DNA of 64,000 bases, taken from the NCBI GenBank assembly GCA_965220745.1, contig CBDCQT010000013.1, forward strand, positions 736,001 through 800,000. The letters are read 5' to 3'. The stretch is from Alphaproteobacteria bacterium. Its GTDB lineage: Bacteria > Pseudomonadota > Alphaproteobacteria > UBA828. Positions within the stretch are counted from its first letter, which is position 1. Every line of letters begins with the position of its first letter. A model generated the notes under the pieces. The model was given only the letters and a program-made list of their open reading frames with translations, was not told the origin of the DNA and searched no databases. The translations under genes and the position numbers were made by a program. Shown here in pieces: positions 59,530 to 64,000 of the stretch.

Positions 59530-61008
59530 GTGTCGCGCAAGTCAATTCTTCACGTCTGCTGGGTGCTGGCGACCCTGGCGGCCATCGGCGCGGTCACGAT
59601 GTGGATGACAGTGGGCGGTGATCGCGAAGTCTTGTTGATCGGCGCAACCACCGATGCCCACCACCAGTTCGAACTGGCGTGCGAGAGCTGCCACACCGCA
59701 GCAGTCTTCGCCAGCAGGAAGGCGGCGTTGAAGGGGCTGAACAAGGCCTGCCGGAACTGTCACGAGGACGAGCTGAAGGACGCCAACGACAGTCATCCGC
59801 GCAAGAAATTCCGCAATCCGAGGATGTCCGTCTACTGGGAGCCGCTCGATGGCAGGTCCTGCGTTTCCTGCCATGTCGAGCATCGCCCCGAGATCACCCG
59901 CAAAGGGGCGGTTACTGTCGCGATGGATTTCTGCGAGGCGTGCCACGGCGAGGGCGATCAGGACGTTCGAACAGACCGCCCGACCCATGCGGGCTTGACC
60001 TTCGACACCTGTGCCTCGTCGGGCTGTCACAACTATCACGACAACCGCGCGCTCTATGCGGACTTCCTGGTGAAGCACGCGGAGCAGCCCTGGCTGGCTG
60101 CGGCACCTGTGCACGCGCTTGCAGCCCTGCACCGTTCGCAGGAACCGCTGGAAGAGACGGCGCTCGGGCGGGAAGACGCTCTCGCACCGGCAGCGGCGCT
60201 CGCGGACGAAACGGCCCTCGATCACTGGGCTGGCTCGGGTCATGCGGCAGTGGGCGTGAACTGCGCGGGCTGCCACGCGCCGGAGGTGGCGTCAGACGCG
60301 CCGCTCGCCGAGATCGAAGCCGGTTGGATCGACGCGGCGCCGCTCACGGCCTGCAGGGACTGCCACAAGCAGGAAGCGAAGACCTTCGCGCTCGGTCGGC
60401 ACGGCATGCGCCAGCACCCTGAGATCGCGCGGCCGCGCGATGCGTCGGCCACCGTCCTTGACGCCGTGCTGCCCGAAGGTGTCACGGAGTGGCTTTCCGA
60501 CGCGCCTTATCCCGTGCTCATGACCGTGAAGGAGGCACGCATTCCGATGCGCGCCGATGCCGCCCACGAGTCCCTCGATTGCGGGACCTGCCACCAACCC
60601 CATGCGGTCGACGTCGAGCACGCCGCGGTGGAGGCCTGCATGTCCTGCCACGCCGACCCCCATACTCAGGCCTATGTCGGCAGCCCTCATCATGCGCTTT
60701 GGCAGGCGGAGCTGCTCGGCGACGTAGAGCCCGGCTCAGGGGTGAGCTGCGCCACCTGCCACATGCTCAAGGTGGAACGCCGGGGAACGATCTTCACCAG
60801 CCACAACCAGAGCGACGGCCTGCGGCCGAACGAGAAGATGATCCGGCCTGTCTGCCTCGATTGCCACGGTCTCGGCTTTGTCATGGACGCGCTCGCGGAC
60901 GAGGACCTGGTGGCCGGAAACTTCAGGGGACAGCCCGTGGTCCATGTCGAGAGTATCGACTGGGCGGTGCAGCATGCGACATCGGGCGTTCCGAACGATG
61001 AGCGTTGA
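59530..61008 (+). CDS. membrane-anchored multiheme cytochrome c
   Basis: 10 CxxCH motifs plus one CASSGCH; N-terminal TM. Confidence 0.92.
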   Translation: MSRKSILHVCWVLATLAAIGAVTMWMTVGGDREVLLIGATTDAHHQFELACESCHTAAVFASRKAALKGLNKACRNCHEDELKDANDSHPRKKFRNPRMSVYWEPLDGRSCVSCHVEHRPEITRKGAVTVAMDFCEACHGEGDQDVRTDRPTHAGLTFDTCASSGCHNYHDNRALYADFLVKHAEQPWLAAAPVHALAALHRSQEPLEETALGREDALAPAAALADETALDHWAGSGHAAVGVNCAGCHAPEVASDAPLAEIEAGWIDAAPLTACRDCHKQEAKTFALGRHGMRQHPEIARPRDASATVLDAVLPEGVTEWLSDAPYPVLMTVKEARIPMRADAAHESLDCGTCHQPHAVDVEHAAVEACMSCHADPHTQAYVGSPHHALWQAELLGDVEPGSGVSCATCHMLKVERRGTIFTSHNQSDGLRPNEKMIRPVCLDCHGLGFVMDALADEDLVAGNFRGQPVVHVESIDWAVQHATSGVPNDER

Positions 61009-61057
61009 GCGCTCGGCCGTGTGCCGATTGAAACCTGGGAGGACAGGAGAAAGCGCC

Positions 61058-61627
61058 ATGAAGAGAAAATCCAGTTGCTGGGCTGCGCTGGCGGTTGGCG
61101 CGGCGGCAACGGTTACGGCAGGGGGTGCCGCGGCGGACGACGTTTCCTACGAGCGGGTCGCCGACATGCTGTACACGGTGATGTCCGCAGACCGCGAGGT
61201 CTACACGAAGATGGTGATCCAGCGCCTCACGGTGGACGACAAGGTCATCACCGCCTCCGAGCACTTCCAGGACGACCTGGCGTTGCCGCTGCCGGCGCAG
61301 ATGTTCCGCTTCGGCTCGGAGGCGGCGATGGATGCAACCGAGGACTTCTCCTATGCGCTGCTCTCGCTCCATCCCATCAATAGGAAGAACGGTCCTGGGA
61401 CGGATCTGGAGAGGGAGGGCCTCGAATTCGTCGTCGACAATCCAGGCGAGAACTTCTACGGGGAAGAGGAGCTGGGCGGAGAGGAGTACTTCACCGCCAT
61501 CTATCCCGACTACGCCGTCGCCGAGGCCTGCGCGCTCTGCCACAACGACCACAAGGATTCCCCTCGCCGAGACATCGAGGTCGGCGACGTTATGGGCGGC
61601 GTCGTCATCCGTATTCTGATGGATTGA
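61058..61627 (+). CDS. DUF3365/Tll0287-like c-type heme protein
   Basis: Signal peptide, LPLPAQMFR, CALCH, GDVMGGVVIRI. Confidence 0.85.
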   Translation: MKRKSSCWAALAVGAAATVTAGGAAADDVSYERVADMLYTVMSADREVYTKMVIQRLTVDDKVITASEHFQDDLALPLPAQMFRFGSEAAMDATEDFSYALLSLHPINRKNGPGTDLEREGLEFVVDNPGENFYGEEELGGEEYFTAIYPDYAVAEACALCHNDHKDSPRRDIEVGDVMGGVVIRILMD

Positions 61628-61950
61628 GGGGTTCCTGCTGACAGCCTCTCGGTGCCAGCACTATGCCACGCAGTGTTGCGGGGCGACCCGTCCCTCGCCC
61701 GAATCTCTCGCTGATCAGGATGGTCTCCGGCGGTATCCGGCGGCGGGCACTTCTTGTGCCGTCCTGGGTGGGGTTCCGACCCATCCAAACGGTCATGGTC
61801 GCCGCAGTGTTGAGCCAGCGCGTAGGATCTGCTTCACGGCAGACAATGGACGCCGTGCGCGCCGGAGGCGTCCTCATCGTCGCGCTTCGCGCGGCGGTCC
61901 CGCCGGGCTAATTTGTCGCGAGGGAGGAAGAGGGGTTCGTTATTGCGACG

Positions 61951-62370
61951 GTGACTCGGACCGGTCTGACAAACGCCGTTCTTGACGAGGTCGAACTGCC
62001 GGATCGCGATGCGAGGTCTCTCGTGGATGCCGTGATCGATATGGTGGCAGAGCGGCTGACAGCGGGGGAGACGGTGATGATCTCGGGCTTCGGCACCTTC
62101 GCCGCGCGCGACAATAGCGCGAGGATGGGCCGCAACCCGAAGATCGGTGAGGCGGCGGCGATCTCGGCGCGTCGGGTGGTGGTGTTTCGCGCCTCGCAGA
62201 TTCTGAAACAGCGGGTCGCCTCGGCCATGCAGGACGCGGGCGACGGCGGCCTGAACACTCGGGACGGACCAGGCGTCGGGCAAGGCGGGCGACCGCGGGG
62301 ATCCATGATCCGATGGAGTGACGCCGAAGGCGCGGGCTCGGGCGGTGCGCCGAGCGCCCCGCATCCATGA
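61951..62370 (+). CDS. IHF-alpha-like DNA-bending protein, diverged
   Basis: GETVMISGFGTF...RMGRNPK...ISARRVVVFRASQILK. Confidence 0.8.
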   Translation: MTRTGLTNAVLDEVELPDRDARSLVDAVIDMVAERLTAGETVMISGFGTFAARDNSARMGRNPKIGEAAAISARRVVVFRASQILKQRVASAMQDAGDGGLNTRDGPGVGQGGRPRGSMIRWSDAEGAGSGGAPSAPHP

Positions 62371-62478
62371 GGGTGCCGAGGCCGACCGGAGGATGCGCCT
62401 TTCGTATAGAGGCGCCGCGCCGGCCGCAGCGGCCGCCGCGACGGTCGCAGCCACTTGAGTGTTCGCAGAGACTCAGCC

Positions 62479-62727
62479 TCAGTGCGGGCCGGTGGCTTTC
62501 CGGACCAGCTTGGCGAAGGCGATCCAGGAGTCCCGGTCGTGCCCGAGACGCCGGTTCATGCCGTCGCACAGATTGAGGGCGTTATCCAGCGTCAGCGCAA
62601 TCAACGTGGTGGGGATGACCTTGTCGAGACTGTCGACCGCGATGACGATGCGGTACATGCCGTCCCCGGGCAGCTCCTCGGGGCAGAACACGTAGTCCGG
62701 ATTGTCCGGCAGCGCTTGAACGGTCAT
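62479..62727 (-). CDS. small hypothetical protein (paralog of 12111-12371)
   Basis: IPTTLIALTLDNALNLCDGMNRRLGHDRDSW; GGAGA RBS. Confidence 0.65.
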   Translation of the reverse strand: MTVQALPDNPDYVFCPEELPGDGMYRIVIAVDSLDKVIPTTLIALTLDNALNLCDGMNRRLGHDRDSWIAFAKLVRKATGPH

Positions 62728-62852
62728 GGGAATTCTCCGCTGTTGCGTCGATGCCAGCTTACCCGCCGGCCCGCCCGCGTGCGCTGCCGGGTCGGCGGGT
62801 CAGTTCGGGAGGACAAGATCCGGGGGGCGGGCCCGCCGGGATAGCGGCGAAC

Positions 62853-63563
62853 CTATCGGTCCCTTGCGGAGCTTCTCACCAGGCAGCTGTGGGCAGTGGT
62901 GACGACCTCCACCTGCGGACCGCAGGACTGCAACAGGGACTTCAGTTTCTTCTTGCCGAACTTCGACGGCTCGAAACCGGGCTCGACCTCGCGCAGGCTC
63001 ACGCCCACCAAGCCGATGTCGACCCACCCGTCATTCTTGTCGAGCGAGGCCATGGCAGCGACCAGCAGCGCGACGAAGTCGTCGCGACGCTCAATCTCCG
63101 TGCATGAGACTGCCGCGGGCATTTCGGCGCCGGATATCCCATCGAGGAACGCGAACTCATCGCATGCCTCGGCGAACGCCCTCGGCGTCTTGCGCTCGCC
63201 CATGCCGACGACATGTCGACCGCTCTGGCGCAGGCGGATCGCGAGCGGCGCGAAGTCGCTGTCGCTCGAGACCAAGCAGAAACCCTCGATCCTGGTGTCG
63301 TGCAAGAGGTCCATCGCCGCGATGGTCAGCTCGATGTCGGCTGCATTGCGACCGCCGCCGGCCTGCGGTGTGCGATCAGCCGTGTGAAAGGCGTAGCGCA
63401 CAAGGGCCTTGCCCCACCCGGCAGATGCCGCCGAGCCGAATGCGCGGCGAATCTCGACCCTGCCGTGCTTCGCAGCCTCCGAGAGGATGCGCGGCGCCAG
63501 CGCCGGAGAGACGTTCTCGGCATCCACCAGGACGGCGAGCTGTCGTGGGGCGATGTCGGTCAT
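62853..63563 (-). CDS. NYN-domain protein with OST-HTH/LOTUS domain
   Basis: LVDAEN, NAADIEL...AMD, VSSDSDF; C-terminal GWV...FGKKKL. Confidence 0.88.
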   Translation of the reverse strand: MTDIAPRQLAVLVDAENVSPALAPRILSEAAKHGRVEIRRAFGSAASAGWGKALVRYAFHTADRTPQAGGGRNAADIELTIAAMDLLHDTRIEGFCLVSSDSDFAPLAIRLRQSGRHVVGMGERKTPRAFAEACDEFAFLDGISGAEMPAAVSCTEIERRDDFVALLVAAMASLDKNDGWVDIGLVGVSLREVEPGFEPSKFGKKKLKSLLQSCGPQVEVVTTAHSCLVRSSARDR

Positions 63564-63618
63564 CGTGGGGAACGTGTGCTGCTCGCCATGACGCCCAACG
63601 TCTCCCTCGCTGCGCCGG

Positions 63619-63894
63619 TTACCGGTAGAACTCGACGTAGAACCGCACCCTTCCAACCAGCTCGACCTCGTGCTCGACCTCCGGCTCGACGATGCCGGGA
63701 TGGTCGGGGTTCAGGATCAACTCCTCCGCCGGCGACCGGAGGATACGATAGAGAAGCCTTCCGTCGAGTACCACGATCAGGCCCCAGGTCCCTGCTCTCG
63801 TGCGATGCGATCTCCTGAGACCCGGCGGCACCGTCTCCTCGGTGAACTCCGGGGTGCGCCGGTAAGGGTGGACAATGGCAGGGAGGGATTTCAT
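63619..63894 (-). CDS. TehB/YeaR-like DUF1971 cupin
   Basis: YRRTPEFTEETVP.GL...HRT..GTWG...VEP...HEV...FYVEFY. Confidence 0.85.
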   Translation of the reverse strand: MKSLPAIVHPYRRTPEFTEETVPPGLRRSHRTRAGTWGLIVVLDGRLLYRILRSPAEELILNPDHPGIVEPEVEHEVELVGRVRFYVEFYR

Positions 63895-64000
63895 CGGCCA
63901 AACCACCGATCACGGAGACGGCAAGGCCCGCCGACCCCCGGCTGCATCTGGATCGCCCGCAGCAAAGTCGTCGGGGCGCCGTCGGCCCAACGCGTTCCCT

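Noticed and set aside
59530-61008. NrfA nitrite reductase
   Set aside because: No CxxCK motif and the heme count does not fit pentaheme NrfA.
63655-63692. ctcgac periodic repeat
   Set aside because: Explained by the protein sequence VEPEVEHEVE.

Overview
High-GC bacterial DNA in two parts. Positions ~1-36,300 look like part of a conjugative/integrative element. It starts with a TraD-like coupling protein running off the left edge, HTH regulators, a type IIG restriction-modification enzyme and two toxin-antitoxin pairs. A long co-oriented minus-strand run of early/anti-defence-type genes follows: NADAR, MoxR-DUF3150-vWA, Zn-finger paralogs flanking a tRNA-like element, a PAPS-reductase-family protein, ParB, a GHKL ATPase, RadC, a methylase-Strawberry-notch helicase, SLOG, a macrodomain-AlkB fusion and a truncated ssb. 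The moxR gene is cleanly split by a three-recombinase RIT element with 89-bp inverted repeats. Positions ~36,500-64,000 are a patchwork of cargo or chromosomal genes: a TonB receptor, an IorAB-type molybdoenzyme, a LysR/betaine-type ABC/amidinotransferase/xsc cluster, and a porin/GPP34-membrane fusion/multiheme cytochrome/DUF3365 cluster. Most notable: a toxin-free set of putative DNA-modification erasers, a shared 15-bp in-frame micro-insertion in two unrelated genes, and the non-canonical tRNA-like element. All calls come from motif recognition by eye; no database searches were run.
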